A stretch of 64,000 bases of DNA from a virus. Below, piece by piece: positions 46,885 through 57,355 of this stretch. A model generated the notes under the pieces. The model did not search any database. It was not told where the DNA came from and saw nothing but the letters and a program-made list of their open reading frames with translations. How positions within the stretch are numbered: the stretch's first letter is position 1; each line of letters starts with the position of its first letter. The position numbers and the translations under genes were made by a program. The DNA lies in the IMG/VR virus record IMGVR_UViG_3300010430_000014, positions 1 to 64,000 of that record; one strand, given 5' to 3'.

Positions 46885-47762
46885 AATTAATACCAAATCT
46901 CGATGATGAAATCACTCTTATAATTGATGGTAGGTTCTTAGCATATCGAACCATGTATTCACAACATGGTAAAATGTCTCATAAAGGAAATGATACTGGA
47001 ATGATTTATGGATTTTTTAAATCCCTTCAGTCTATTGCTAATAAATTTGAAGTTACCAATACAGTTATCATGTGGGATGTAACTCCATCAAAAGAAGGTA
47101 TTCGTAGAGAAGAATATGAAGGTTACAAAGTCAGGGAATTAAAAGAAAAACCTGATCCTAAAGAAATAGCTATGAGAAAACAATTTGAATTTGATTATGA
47201 AGATCTTCTTTTTCTTACACATAAAATGGGATTCGCTGATTACGTTCTTCCACGTTATGAAGCTGATGATATCATAGCTTTATTTTGTAAATGCTTTGGT
47301 GGTAAAAAAATAATAGCTACCAGAGATGAAGACATGTATCAGTTAATCAATGAAAATACTATGGTATATGATCCTGCTGCTAAAAAGAAAAAAGATTTAA
47401 AATGGTTCATGAAAACTTACGGTATCAACCCCGAACAATGGGTAGACTACAAAGCAATTGCCGGATGCAAATCAGATACCGTTCCAGGCATTCCAGGCAT
47501 GGGCCATAAAAGAACATTAGATTATTTACAAGGTAAAAAGGATTATGAAAATAAAATAGTAGAACATGATAATTTATATCAATTATGTTATAATCTTGTT
47601 AAACTGCCTCATCCTTCATTAGATGGTCAAAGAATGCAATGGTTAAGAACTAATTTAGATGAAGAACAATTCATATCTTTTTGTCAATCATATAACTTTC
47701 AATCATTTTTAAATGAGATACATAACTTTTATATTTTTATGGAAGGAGGGAAATCTTGGTGA
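46872..47762 (+). CDS. 5'-3' exonuclease / flap endonuclease (PolI N-domain type)
   Basis: IIDG, YK..R, EADD, D.D..QL, G.KSD.VPG.PG.G. Confidence 0.93.
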   Translation: MQRLKLIPNLDDEITLIIDGRFLAYRTMYSQHGKMSHKGNDTGMIYGFFKSLQSIANKFEVTNTVIMWDVTPSKEGIRREEYEGYKVRELKEKPDPKEIAMRKQFEFDYEDLLFLTHKMGFADYVLPRYEADDIIALFCKCFGGKKIIATRDEDMYQLINENTMVYDPAAKKKKDLKWFMKTYGINPEQWVDYKAIAGCKSDTVPGIPGMGHKRTLDYLQGKKDYENKIVEHDNLYQLCYNLVKLPHPSLDGQRMQWLRTNLDEEQFISFCQSYNFQSFLNEIHNFYIFMEGGKSW

Positions 47763-48424
47763 GTCATAAACCTAAATTTGAAAAAGATTATTATGAAAGG
47801 TGCGCCAGTGAAGGTATGGACTATGCCTACTATGGTAATTGGCAAAAACAATATGTAAAGATGGTAATATTCGTTACTCAAATTTATATGAATGATTTAA
47901 GTAATAAAGTTTTTCTTGATGTAGGTACTGCTTGTGGTGCTACCCTTCTTGCATTTAAAGAAACAAAAATATTTGAAAAATGTATAGGAATAGATACAAG
48001 TGAATTTCTGGTAGCATTAGGAAATGAAAAATTTAATTTTAAAAAAGGTGAATTAATTGTTGAAAACAGTACAACTATGGAATCGATCAAAGACAATTCA
48101 ATTGATCTCTTACATTGTTCACAATTATTTGAATATTTAAGTGAAAGTGACGCAAATATTACACTTGAACAATTTAAAAGAGTAATGAAAACTGGAAGTA
48201 TAGGATTTATTAACATATCTACTATTAAAGAAAAACAAAACAAATCACAATTAACTATGCTATCAGAAAAAGTATGGAAAGAAAAAATAAAAGAATATGG
48301 TTTTACTCTTAAAAAGGACACAATAAAATTAATGAAACAAGCAGCATTCTTCCCAGGAAATGATAAGCGAAACTTCTATGAACATTATATTGATGATTGG
48401 AGTGTATTTACATTCACTAAATAA
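47756..48424 (+). CDS. Class I SAM methyltransferase, YYGNWQK family A
   Basis: LDVGTACG, GIDTS, DNSIDLLHC..LFE. Confidence 0.85.
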   Translation: MVSHKPKFEKDYYERCASEGMDYAYYGNWQKQYVKMVIFVTQIYMNDLSNKVFLDVGTACGATLLAFKETKIFEKCIGIDTSEFLVALGNEKFNFKKGELIVENSTTMESIKDNSIDLLHCSQLFEYLSESDANITLEQFKRVMKTGSIGFINISTIKEKQNKSQLTMLSEKVWKEKIKEYGFTLKKDTIKLMKQAAFFPGNDKRNFYEHYIDDWSVFTFTK

Positions 48425-48446
48425 AGTAGAAAGGATATAGCCTGAA

Positions 48447-49835
48447 ATGGAACTGGACTTCAATAATCATTTCCTTAATCAAATAATATATCATTCTATT
48501 AAAGACGATACTTTTTTAAAAGCAATAAGGAATTCAATTCCTATTGAAATATATAAAACAAAAGATCGTAAATTTCTTATGCAAATGATATATGGTTATT
48601 ATGATGACTTCAAAGAATCACCAAAAGAAAACTTTACAGATCTATTTAAAGAACAAGAATCTATTATCAATGAAGATCTCCAAAAAAAATGTATTAACTT
48701 ATTTAATATAATTAATGAGATTACCGGATCAAATGGTGAATACATTCTTACCCGAATTAATGATGCTGTTTATCACTTCCAATTAGAAGAAGCAAGTATT
48801 GACTTTGCATCATTAATAAAAGGACAAAAGTATAATGATGCTGTTGCTACTATTTTAAAAGCAATCAAACAACCAAAGGTGGTTGAAGATCCCTATTATA
48901 ATTATTTTGAAGACAGATCATTTGTTGAAGAAAGAATAAAAGAAAAAAGATATAAAATGATAACTCAAATTCCTATGTTAGATAATATAATAGGTGGGTT
49001 TCAATCTAAATGGTTAATCACTTGTCTTGGAGCAACAAAAACAGGAAAGACATGGATGCTCATAGATCTTACTCTTGCTGCGGTATGGCAGGGGTTAAAT
49101 GTTTTATTCATTTCCTTAGAAATGGGTAAAGAACAAATCGATGAACGTTTTGATATGGCAGTTGGCTTTATGTCATCAGAACCTAATGGTCAAGCTGAAA
49201 TACTTCGCAAAATGAATGACAATTATGTTAAAACACTTGAAAAAGTTAATAGCATATATGAAGTTGAAAAAGTTATCAAAGCACGTAACACATATAAAAA
49301 ATATTCATCTGGAGGAAATCTTGAAATAGTTGCATTCAATCGTGGTCGTTTAAATTATCATGATGTAGATAGACTTCTCGATGAACTGGAAGAAAAGAAA
49401 GGATTTTATGCTGATGTGGTTGTCGTAGATTATTTAGGACAAATGAAAGAAACTGTTTCAGGTCAAACTAAAAAAGAAAGAATATCTGAAAACAGTATTG
49501 GTTTAAAAGAAATTGCAGGTACACGCAATGTAATATCAATCTCAGCAATGCAGGGTAATCGTAAAGCAATGACAGCTAAAGTATTCAAATCAAATCTGGT
49601 AGCTGATGATATTGATACTATATTTAATTCTGATTTGGTAGTTGCTATTTGTCAAACAGAAATAGAAGAAAAAGAAAACAAAGCACGACTTTATATAGCT
49701 AATGCCCGACATGGCAAACAACATGGATCAGTAGGTATATATAGAGATCTTGCTATTGGTCAATTTTCTATTGATACCTTTGAGGTAAAAGAATTAACTC
49801 CCGATGAAGAAAAGGAAATAGGAATTGATTATTGA
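48447..49835 (+). CDS. dnaB: Replicative DnaB-like helicase
   Basis: GATKTGKT, ISLEM, VVDY, Q.NR, R.G. Confidence 0.92.
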   Translation: MELDFNNHFLNQIIYHSIKDDTFLKAIRNSIPIEIYKTKDRKFLMQMIYGYYDDFKESPKENFTDLFKEQESIINEDLQKKCINLFNIINEITGSNGEYILTRINDAVYHFQLEEASIDFASLIKGQKYNDAVATILKAIKQPKVVEDPYYNYFEDRSFVEERIKEKRYKMITQIPMLDNIIGGFQSKWLITCLGATKTGKTWMLIDLTLAAVWQGLNVLFISLEMGKEQIDERFDMAVGFMSSEPNGQAEILRKMNDNYVKTLEKVNSIYEVEKVIKARNTYKKYSSGGNLEIVAFNRGRLNYHDVDRLLDELEEKKGFYADVVVVDYLGQMKETVSGQTKKERISENSIGLKEIAGTRNVISISAMQGNRKAMTAKVFKSNLVADDIDTIFNSDLVVAICQTEIEEKENKARLYIANARHGKQHGSVGIYRDLAIGQFSIDTFEVKELTPDEEKEIGIDY

Positions 49836-51195
49836 AATTGAACAATATGATGCTCATAAATGTAGATTAACTAATAGACTACAACAAAAAGTAGTCTGGA
49901 AAATACTCTCATGGTTTGATGAAGGAGTAGGTGTACAAAAGTCTATGCTCAGATGTATAGGTAAACATGGCTGTTATTTTTCAATAGGGTTATTACCATT
50001 TATATATAAGCAATTAAAAATACTTGGTCATGCTATGGAATATACCTATCTTGATTTTCCTATTATAAAACATAAACTCATTCCTAAATTGCCAGGAATT
50101 AAATTTGAACCATATCAAAATAAGATTCTTTCTAAAATTGGTGCTAAGAAACGTGGTATCATTGTCAGTCCAACAGGATCAGGCAAATCAATTGTTATTG
50201 GTGGTATAGTTGATAAATTAAGAGTACCAGAAACTATTATAGTTGTACCTACTAAAGATATTTTTAATCAGTTAAGTCATGACTTTTCCAATTGGTTTCC
50301 AGATAAAAAAATAGGACAAATGGGAGATGGTAAAAAATTTATGGGAAAAATTACCATCAGTTTATTTCAAACTCTTAGAGAAATGAATCTCAAAAAAAAT
50401 AAATCACAATTAGTTATTGTAGATGAGGCTCATCGTATTGCTGAATCTCACATTAAAATTTTATCTAAATTAAGATGGGCTAACTATCGATATGGTTTAA
50501 CTGCTACTCCTCATATTCAAAAAAATTTTAAAAAATGGGCTAACATGATTGGATGTATTGGCCCTATTATATATGAAGCACAAGAAGAAGAAGTCACAGC
50601 AAGAGTAGTTCCAGTTCAAGTTAACATGATACACTTTCACGTTACTAAAAAACATTCACCTTATCAGAAATGCTTACGTGAAGACGTATTATTTAATAAG
50701 AAACGTAATACTAAACTTATTACAGCAGCAAAAATATTAGCATTAGACAAAGGGATGAACTGTCTATTTTTAATAGATGAAATTGAACAAGGTAAAGTAG
50801 TATTAAAAATAGCTGAACAAATGAATATCCCTACAGAGTTTGCTCATGGTAATAATAAAAAAGATCAAAATAATCAAATTAAAGAAAAACTTAATGAAGG
50901 AAAAACTAAATTTGTTATTGCTACTCAAGTATTTGGCCTTGGAACAAATATACCTAATATTGATTGTGTTGTTTTAGGCTCAGTTAAAAAAAGTTATATC
51001 GATACTATTCAAAAAATAGGTCGTGGTCGTAGACGTACATCTGTAAAGAATAAACTTATTGTTATTGATAGTATTGACAGAGTTTCCGGCAAACCTAAAT
51101 TCTGTAACTATTTTTATGGATATTCTATGGAACGAATCAAACATTACAAATCTAAAAAATGGGAAATCAAAAGATTTTTAGCATCAACACTTTAA
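49825..51195 (+). CDS. SF2 (UvsW-like) helicase
   Basis: PTGSGKS, DEAH, GLTATP, QKIGRG.R. Confidence 0.92.
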   Translation: MIIEIEQYDAHKCRLTNRLQQKVVWKILSWFDEGVGVQKSMLRCIGKHGCYFSIGLLPFIYKQLKILGHAMEYTYLDFPIIKHKLIPKLPGIKFEPYQNKILSKIGAKKRGIIVSPTGSGKSIVIGGIVDKLRVPETIIVVPTKDIFNQLSHDFSNWFPDKKIGQMGDGKKFMGKITISLFQTLREMNLKKNKSQLVIVDEAHRIAESHIKILSKLRWANYRYGLTATPHIQKNFKKWANMIGCIGPIIYEAQEEEVTARVVPVQVNMIHFHVTKKHSPYQKCLREDVLFNKKRNTKLITAAKILALDKGMNCLFLIDEIEQGKVVLKIAEQMNIPTEFAHGNNKKDQNNQIKEKLNEGKTKFVIATQVFGLGTNIPNIDCVVLGSVKKSYIDTIQKIGRGRRRTSVKNKLIVIDSIDRVSGKPKFCNYFYGYSMERIKHYKSKKWEIKRFLASTL

Positions 51196-51211
51196 CAAAG
51201 GGAGAATAAGT

Positions 51212-51907
51212 ATGAAAAAGAAATTGTACGATGTAAATGAATTAAAAGAGTATGGAGAAACATGGTTTAATTGGGCTAAAGATGAAAGAGAAGTTGATTT
51301 AACTTACTATGGCAACTGGCAAAAAGATTTTGGAAAATTAATTATTGAACTGGCAGAACTTGAAGGGTCAATTGAAACAATTCTTGATGTAGGTTGTGCT
51401 ACTGCTCTTAATTTAAGAGCTATCGATGAATTAGGTGTCTTTGGTAAATTGTATGGTACAGATATTTCAGAATACATGATCAATATGATTCCTTCCCTTC
51501 ATGACTTTGGATCTTATGCTGAATTTTATACTACTCCTGCATGGGATCAACCAATGATAAGTGATAACAGTATTGATTTTATTCTTTGTACTCATGTTCT
51601 TGAACATATACCTGATGAAGATCTCTTAGACAAAACATTAAAAGAATTTAAACGTATCCTTTATAAAGATGGTAAAATTATAATTATTATGCCTATCAAA
51701 ACATCACCAGATGAAGAAAAAACACATTCTATTATTAAAAATTCAATTTGGTGGAGCAAAACATTTTCAAAACATTTTAAATCAGAAACAACTAATGCAC
51801 GTAAAAAATTTAAAGCAACTAAACTAAAACCAAATCGTAAACATAAAAATACTTTCTATGATGAATATGATGAAGTCTGGAAAATATATAGGCTTATTCA
51901 AAAATGA
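51212..51907 (+). CDS. Class I SAM methyltransferase, YYGNWQK family B
   Basis: LDVGCATA, GTDIS, DNSIDFILCTHVLEH. Confidence 0.88.
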   Translation: MKKKLYDVNELKEYGETWFNWAKDEREVDLTYYGNWQKDFGKLIIELAELEGSIETILDVGCATALNLRAIDELGVFGKLYGTDISEYMINMIPSLHDFGSYAEFYTTPAWDQPMISDNSIDFILCTHVLEHIPDEDLLDKTLKEFKRILYKDGKIIIIMPIKTSPDEEKTHSIIKNSIWWSKTFSKHFKSETTNARKKFKATKLKPNRKHKNTFYDEYDEVWKIYRLIQK

Positions 51908-52944
51908 TAGACGATCCAAGATTAGAAAAAGCAATTGATGTATTCGACTTGCTTTCTTTTTTAGATGAATGCCAAGTGGATTATGCTCTTGAAGGTGAAA
52001 ACATTGGTAGAAATTTTATTGGTGTTTCTCCCTGTCCTAATTGTGGTGATACAATGAATCACTTTGGTATTCATCTTGAAAAGAAATTTGGAACTTGTTT
52101 TAAATGCAAATTTGGAATGAATACAATTTACATTGTTAAATACTTTGCACATCTACCTACATTTGATGAAGCAAAAGAATTCCTTACAGATAAACTCGAT
52201 GAAGGAGATTATGATCTTGTTGCCAGAGTTAAAGATATTATAAGAATAGAGAAAAAAGAAAAAACTTATACTCCTCCAAAGAAAGATCTCTTTCCTTATA
52301 ATACTTATCCTATAACATATAAAACATTAAGAAGAAATAAATATATTAAAAATTTTTTTAAAGAACGTAAACTATATCTATGGCATGTCAATAGATATGA
52401 TCTAAGAATGGGGGGTGTTCACAGTGATTGGCATGGATATATTTTATTTCCAATTTATTTAAGAGGTAAAATCGTATCCTGGCAAGCTCGACATGTACTT
52501 TCTAAACGGTATCATAATCCTCAAAATATGGGTGAATATATATACAATGAAGATAATATCATAAAAAACAAACCTTTAATATTAGTTGAAGGATTCTTAG
52601 ATCTCACAAGAGTTGATTCTTATTTAAAAATATATTATAATAATAGTATATCAGCTACTACAGGATTTGTAAAAATGATTTCAAAAAAACAAATTCAAAG
52701 AATTATAAATTGTAAACCTTCTAAAATAATTGTTATGTTTGACGCTGATTCGTGGTTTGATTATAATCGTATAAAATCTGAAGTTCCCATAGATGTTGAT
52801 TTCACCATACTTCCCAAAGGTAAAGATCCGAATGATCTAAATTGGGATGAATTGAATGGAGTATTTAATGACATACTATCGGGATACGACACCGGAATAC
52901 ACAAATCCAGAAAAGGAAAAAATACTAAAATGGGATTACATTAA
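51904..52944 (+). CDS. dnaG: DNA primase (Zn finger + TOPRIM)
   Basis: CPNC..CFKC, VEG.LD, FDAD, KDPND. Confidence 0.9.
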   Translation: MIDDPRLEKAIDVFDLLSFLDECQVDYALEGENIGRNFIGVSPCPNCGDTMNHFGIHLEKKFGTCFKCKFGMNTIYIVKYFAHLPTFDEAKEFLTDKLDEGDYDLVARVKDIIRIEKKEKTYTPPKKDLFPYNTYPITYKTLRRNKYIKNFFKERKLYLWHVNRYDLRMGGVHSDWHGYILFPIYLRGKIVSWQARHVLSKRYHNPQNMGEYIYNEDNIIKNKPLILVEGFLDLTRVDSYLKIYYNNSISATTGFVKMISKKQIQRIINCKPSKIIVMFDADSWFDYNRIKSEVPIDVDFTILPKGKDPNDLNWDELNGVFNDILSGYDTGIHKSRKGKNTKMGLH

Positions 52945-53095
52945 CAAACATAAACGCTGTCCAAGATGTAAAGAAAGATTATTATTAAATAATAAAAAAA
53001 GAATAAGTATGATAGCAATTGTAATTGAATGTAGGAAATGCAATGTTACAATATGGTTCGGAAAAAATATCTGGTTCGGGGCTTTTTACTTATAG
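52856..53095 (+). CDS. Zn-ribbon protein
   Basis: CPRC..CRKC. Confidence 0.6.
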   Translation: MEYLMTYYRDTTPEYTNPEKEKILKWDYINKHKRCPRCKERLLLNNKKRISMIAIVIECRKCNVTIWFGKNIWFGAFYL

Positions 53096-53108
53096 AGGAG
53101 GAAAGAAT

Positions 53109-53561
53109 ATGGATCTATTCAAACCTACCTATATAATAATACATCATTCATTAACAAAAGATTCAAAGACAGTTTCATGGCAAGCAATTCGTAACTATCA
53201 TGTTAACACATTAGGATGGCAAGAAATAGGGTATCACTATGGAATCGAATTGGTTAATGATCAACATGAAATCCTGGTGGGCAGAATGGAAGGCACTCAA
53301 GGCGCACATTGCGTACAAAAAAGAATCAATCATAAGTCCATTGGCATCTGTTGTATTGGAAATTATGATAATGATCTTCCAAATCTTGCTATTTGGAGTA
53401 TGCTTCTTGATTTATGTACAAATATTTGCGTGAGATACGATATTCCGGCAGGAAATGTAAAAGGGCATAGGGAATATGCCTCTTACAAATCCTGCCCAGG
53501 AAACGCATTTAACATGGTTGATCTTAGAAATGATTTAGAAGCCTATCTATTGAATGAATAA
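53109..53561 (+). CDS. N-acetylmuramoyl-L-alanine amidase (Amidase_2) endolysin
   Basis: IIIHHS, IGYHY, GAH, SIGIC, GHRE..K.CPG. Confidence 0.93.
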   Translation: MDLFKPTYIIIHHSLTKDSKTVSWQAIRNYHVNTLGWQEIGYHYGIELVNDQHEILVGRMEGTQGAHCVQKRINHKSIGICCIGNYDNDLPNLAIWSMLLDLCTNICVRYDIPAGNVKGHREYASYKSCPGNAFNMVDLRNDLEAYLLNE

Positions 53562-54035
53562 TAATCGTTTAGCACCAGACCATCCATGACGATACATACA
53601 ATCATCATATGTATTAATCATAAATGTAGATCTAAAATAACCAATTCTTGTACTCAATATCGAAATAGCTAATTCAACCTTTTCTCCCCAAATCTTTTCA
53701 GATACCATATAAGTGATCAACTGATCATGAGTTAAATTAGGATACCTATCATTATAAAAGACAGCTACCCTACCCAAATAATCAGCAATCCATTCCTTTT
53801 TAATTACATCAGTAATCAACATAATTCTGGCAGTATCAATAAGGCCATAGTAAACTTCATTAAGAGGAACATTATATTCCTCCTGAATTTTAAGCAATAA
53901 AGAATTAGGTTTATCTGCCTCATACAATTGACAAAGAGTAGGTGGAATAGGTGGCGCACCAAATCCACCACCATTAGCACAACCAAAAGCAAACATACAC
54001 AGTACTAATCCAATAATTAATTTTTTCATAACCAT
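53547..54035 (-). CDS. Lipoprotein
   Basis: MKK + hydrophobic stretch + AFGC lipobox. Confidence 0.7.
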   Translation of the reverse strand: MVMKKLIIGLVLCMFAFGCANGGGFGAPPIPPTLCQLYEADKPNSLLLKIQEEYNVPLNEVYYGLIDTARIMLITDVIKKEWIADYLGRVAVFYNDRYPNLTHDQLITYMVSEKIWGEKVELAISILSTRIGYFRSTFMINTYDDCMYRHGWSGAKRLLFIQ

Positions 54036-54862
54036 TTCTCCTTTAGTTTAAGTTGTTTATAAATTGTTCCTGATTTATATTCATTCACAGAAACAGTAGT
54101 GATATGTTTTGGTAAAAAATTATTATGCTTTTTTTGATTTTCAAGTCCTATAAGACGATCCGTTCCAAGCAATGCTGAAGCAAGGTATATTGGGCCAGAA
54201 TCTACACCAACAAAAAACTTACATTTACCTGTTTCTTGTATCATTCTTAAAAGATTAGGTTCCGTATATCTCAATGAACATGATTTATTAATACAGTCAA
54301 TATAATCTGCTTCAATAAAATCAGGATAATCACTTGCAAAATTAGGAGTCATATGAATTTCATATGGTTTATATCCTGCACTAATTATCTCATGCCAAAT
54401 TTCCTCTGCTACATCTACCGGACAAAACTTTTTATCCATTCCAGTATGACCAAACAAATGAATTCCTACACGTTTAGAGTTATTTACCTTCCATCTATTT
54501 AACATCCGATAAGGTTTCCACGTAAATTCTTCCATACCTAATTCATAATAAGCACAAATATAAGGTTTAGCTGCTTCTTCAGAAATAACTATAGGGATAG
54601 ATGTATTCTTAGGATCAGGGTACATAACTTTATATACATAATCAAATTGATAACGTAAATGTGTAAAATCTTCAATCTCAATTATTTTTTTATTTATATA
54701 TTTAAATTGTCTTTTAGGAGAAGTACCAAGAACTACTCTACAACGAGTTTGATCACGAAATTCTTTAAAAACAGGTAAAAAATTAATAAGATCACCTAAA
54801 CCATGTTCAAAAATAAATAAAACTTTACCTCTGGCATTTTTTACTTTATCAATTGGTTTCAT
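54026..54862 (-). CDS. GT9 (heptosyltransferase-like) glycosyltransferase
   Basis: HGLGD, FVGVDSGP.YLA. Confidence 0.85.
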   Translation of the reverse strand: MKPIDKVKNARGKVLFIFEHGLGDLINFLPVFKEFRDQTRCRVVLGTSPKRQFKYINKKIIEIEDFTHLRYQFDYVYKVMYPDPKNTSIPIVISEEAAKPYICAYYELGMEEFTWKPYRMLNRWKVNNSKRVGIHLFGHTGMDKKFCPVDVAEEIWHEIISAGYKPYEIHMTPNFASDYPDFIEADYIDCINKSCSLRYTEPNLLRMIQETGKCKFFVGVDSGPIYLASALLGTDRLIGLENQKKHNNFLPKHITTVSVNEYKSGTIYKQLKLKEKWL

Positions 54863-54872
54863 TATTTCTCCA

Positions 54873-55727
54873 CTAAAACAACTTAGTTATAAATCCTTCA
54901 GCTTCTACTATATTATAAATATCATATGTATTAGAAATAACTATTTCATTATCTACTAATCCATCATAATTTAAGAATACTAATCGAGCAGACATAAGAG
55001 GAACATTCTCTCTCTCAGCAGATAAAGCTATCCAGTAACCATTGTTCTCTCGATCTTCTATTACTCCTCTTGGATATCCTCCCAAATAAACAATGTTTTG
55101 TCCAAAATGAAATAGTCCTTTACCAGATTCACAAAAACATAATTCATCATTACGATTAAAAAACAATGAATTAGGTTGATTTATATTAGAGTATATCTTT
55201 CTATTATTTGATGACAATTCAATGATAGCACCATTTTCAAAATTTCCATCTCTCCATCCTTCACCAAAAAATGATGCATACCATCTACGATCCCAATTTA
55301 TAAGAGAATTAAAATGTATATCTTGATCAAATTTATAATGATGAACATCTCTTATGATATTATTTGTGGCAGGACTAAGTACTACTTGATTCATAGAATT
55401 AGTTCCTGTTGAACTTACATAAAATCGTCCTCTAAAAACAGAATTAATACTATGAATATCGGAAGATCTAATACAATTAGCTATTTTACACTGTTGATCA
55501 ACTACATTTATTATTAATATTTTATCTTTCTTACTATTAGTTATCACAGAAACAACAAGAAAATCTCCTGAATAAGCAATTCCTTTTGTACCTACAATAT
55601 CTTTAAAATCAGAAATTTCTACTGGCAACCAATTAATCTTTTCTGTTTCTGTGTTTAATAATAAAAGTAAATGATCTTTATTTGTAACTGACTTAACATC
55701 ATGAATACAACTCAAAATTAACCGCAT
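54873..55727 (-). CDS. Beta-propeller protein (DUF4915-like)
   Basis: DIHS, STGTN, HFNSL, P.S, GYPRG repeats. Confidence 0.6.
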   Translation of the reverse strand: MRLILSCIHDVKSVTNKDHLLLLLNTETEKINWLPVEISDFKDIVGTKGIAYSGDFLVVSVITNSKKDKILIINVVDQQCKIANCIRSSDIHSINSVFRGRFYVSSTGTNSMNQVVLSPATNNIIRDVHHYKFDQDIHFNSLINWDRRWYASFFGEGWRDGNFENGAIIELSSNNRKIYSNINQPNSLFFNRNDELCFCESGKGLFHFGQNIVYLGGYPRGVIEDRENNGYWIALSAERENVPLMSARLVFLNYDGLVDNEIVISNTYDIYNIVEAEGFITKLF

Positions 55728-55748
55728 AATATTATCTCTCTACATAAT

Positions 55749-56291
55749 TTAATTAATGTTCTTCTGAGACATAACTTCTTGCACTACCAATTTAACCATC
55801 TCAACAGTTTCTTCTTTCCTATCTCTTGCTAAAATTGTTTTCATTTGAGTCATAAGCTCTATCAATTTTGCATTCATAGTCGTAATTTCTGTTCGGGTAT
55901 TCTCTCTTTTTCGATCAGCTTGATTTACAATTATTTTCAACTCAGAACTGATAGTATCAAGTTTTCTACAAAAAGTATTTTGAAATTCTTTTTGATGCAT
56001 CTGACACTCCTCTCTTAATCCATGACACATAGGAACAGTTGGAAATTTAAGTTGATTATTATGATCAAACAAAGTAGATTTACCAATAGGTTCTCTATCC
56101 TCCATTTTTTTAATTTTATAAAAAACATCATCCATTCTTTTTTCAAGAAGTGGAATTTTACTTTTTAATACTATAAGAATAGATCCTGCAAAAGTTAAAA
56201 TAGCAACAATTATAGTCCAATAATCTTTTATAAAATGAACAACTGCATGACTATCATTTGCTACATGAGTTATCGCATTTGGATCAGTCAT
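55749..56291 (-). CDS. Single-TM coiled-coil protein (possible holin)
   Basis: TM YWTIIVAILTFAGSILIV; near lysis/tail genes. Confidence 0.5.
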   Translation of the reverse strand: MTDPNAITHVANDSHAVVHFIKDYWTIIVAILTFAGSILIVLKSKIPLLEKRMDDVFYKIKKMEDREPIGKSTLFDHNNQLKFPTVPMCHGLREECQMHQKEFQNTFCRKLDTISSELKIIVNQADRKRENTRTEITTMNAKLIELMTQMKTILARDRKEETVEMVKLVVQEVMSQKNIN

Positions 56292-56310
56292 AAAAACATT
56301 AGCTCCTCTT

Positions 56311-57345
56311 TTAAGTTTTATTTAACTCAACCCCAAATTCACAGGCATTTATTTTTGCTTGAGTCCAGGGATTAGAATCATCTGGATCATCTTCCCAAAT
56401 ACTTTGTTTATAACCAAGAAAGTTTTCTCCACAAGGCCAATCCTGAGATCCATAATAATCTGATCCACCTGATCTAACCATATTTCTTAAATCTATATTA
56501 CCAACAGATAACGTTCTTTGACCAACAGATTGTACTGACACTCCATAAATATTACTATCATCTATATCCACATTTACATTCTCATAAGTATAAGTATCTT
56601 TTTCACCATCTGTATCCCCTTCTACATAATCTGCCGTTTCTATTGGATCTTCATCAACACATTCGTAATTATCTCCTACTGATGGAGTTAATTGACTATA
56701 ATTCCCATCTCCATTTGGAAAAATAGTATCTACTCTACAGTCTCCAAGAAAATCAGTTAACCCAACAGCATCATTCATTATAACATACATATCATCTACT
56801 TTACATGCTGAATAAGCCTGATTGTAAACATATATTCCAACCATTGAATTAGCAGTAGAATATTTCGTATCTCCAGTATAGTCAACTATCTCATCTGTTC
56901 CATTTACTATTATCTGGTGTCTTCCACCAGAATCAGCCATTTTATAACGCCACTCAACATAATACCATGTACCTTGTGTAATTGGATAATAAGTAGAAGG
57001 TTGATAAGAATTCCACTGTCTACTCCTAATTTCAGTTTTTGTCCAATAAACCCCCCATGCCTCTGTATATGATCCTGAAGCTATACACCTTATACCTCCT
57101 GGTTGTGTACCTCCATTTGAACAAATAGCAAGTCCAACAATAATTTCAGATCCAACAGAAAAACCAAAATCAGTAAAATAAATCCGTAAACCCATACTAC
57201 TACTGGCACTATTTTTTTGAATCGCTTGTCCTCCAAATCGTCCGGCAACAATAGCTGAATCACTTGCCCAAGAGCTTGAATGAAAAACTTTATTTACATC
57301 CCCTATAGCAAGACCTTCAAATCCCTGCATATAAATTAAACTCAT
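56311..57345 (-). CDS. Tail protein with LamG/ConA-like domain
   Basis: GFE, WYYVE, DDMY, GDCRV.T..P.GDG; paralog of 57645..58652. Confidence 0.75.
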   Translation of the reverse strand: MSLIYMQGFEGLAIGDVNKVFHSSSWASDSAIVAGRFGGQAIQKNSASSSMGLRIYFTDFGFSVGSEIIVGLAICSNGGTQPGGIRCIASGSYTEAWGVYWTKTEIRSRQWNSYQPSTYYPITQGTWYYVEWRYKMADSGGRHQIIVNGTDEIVDYTGDTKYSTANSMVGIYVYNQAYSACKVDDMYVIMNDAVGLTDFLGDCRVDTIFPNGDGNYSQLTPSVGDNYECVDEDPIETADYVEGDTDGEKDTYTYENVNVDIDDSNIYGVSVQSVGQRTLSVGNIDLRNMVRSGGSDYYGSQDWPCGENFLGYKQSIWEDDPDDSNPWTQAKINACEFGVELNKT

Positions 57346-57355
57346 TTTTTTTCTC

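Noticed and set aside
47756-51907. DNA adenine/cytosine methylases explaining the palindrome bias
   Set aside because: No DPPY/NPPY or PCQ catalytic motifs; they look like small-molecule class I methyltransferases
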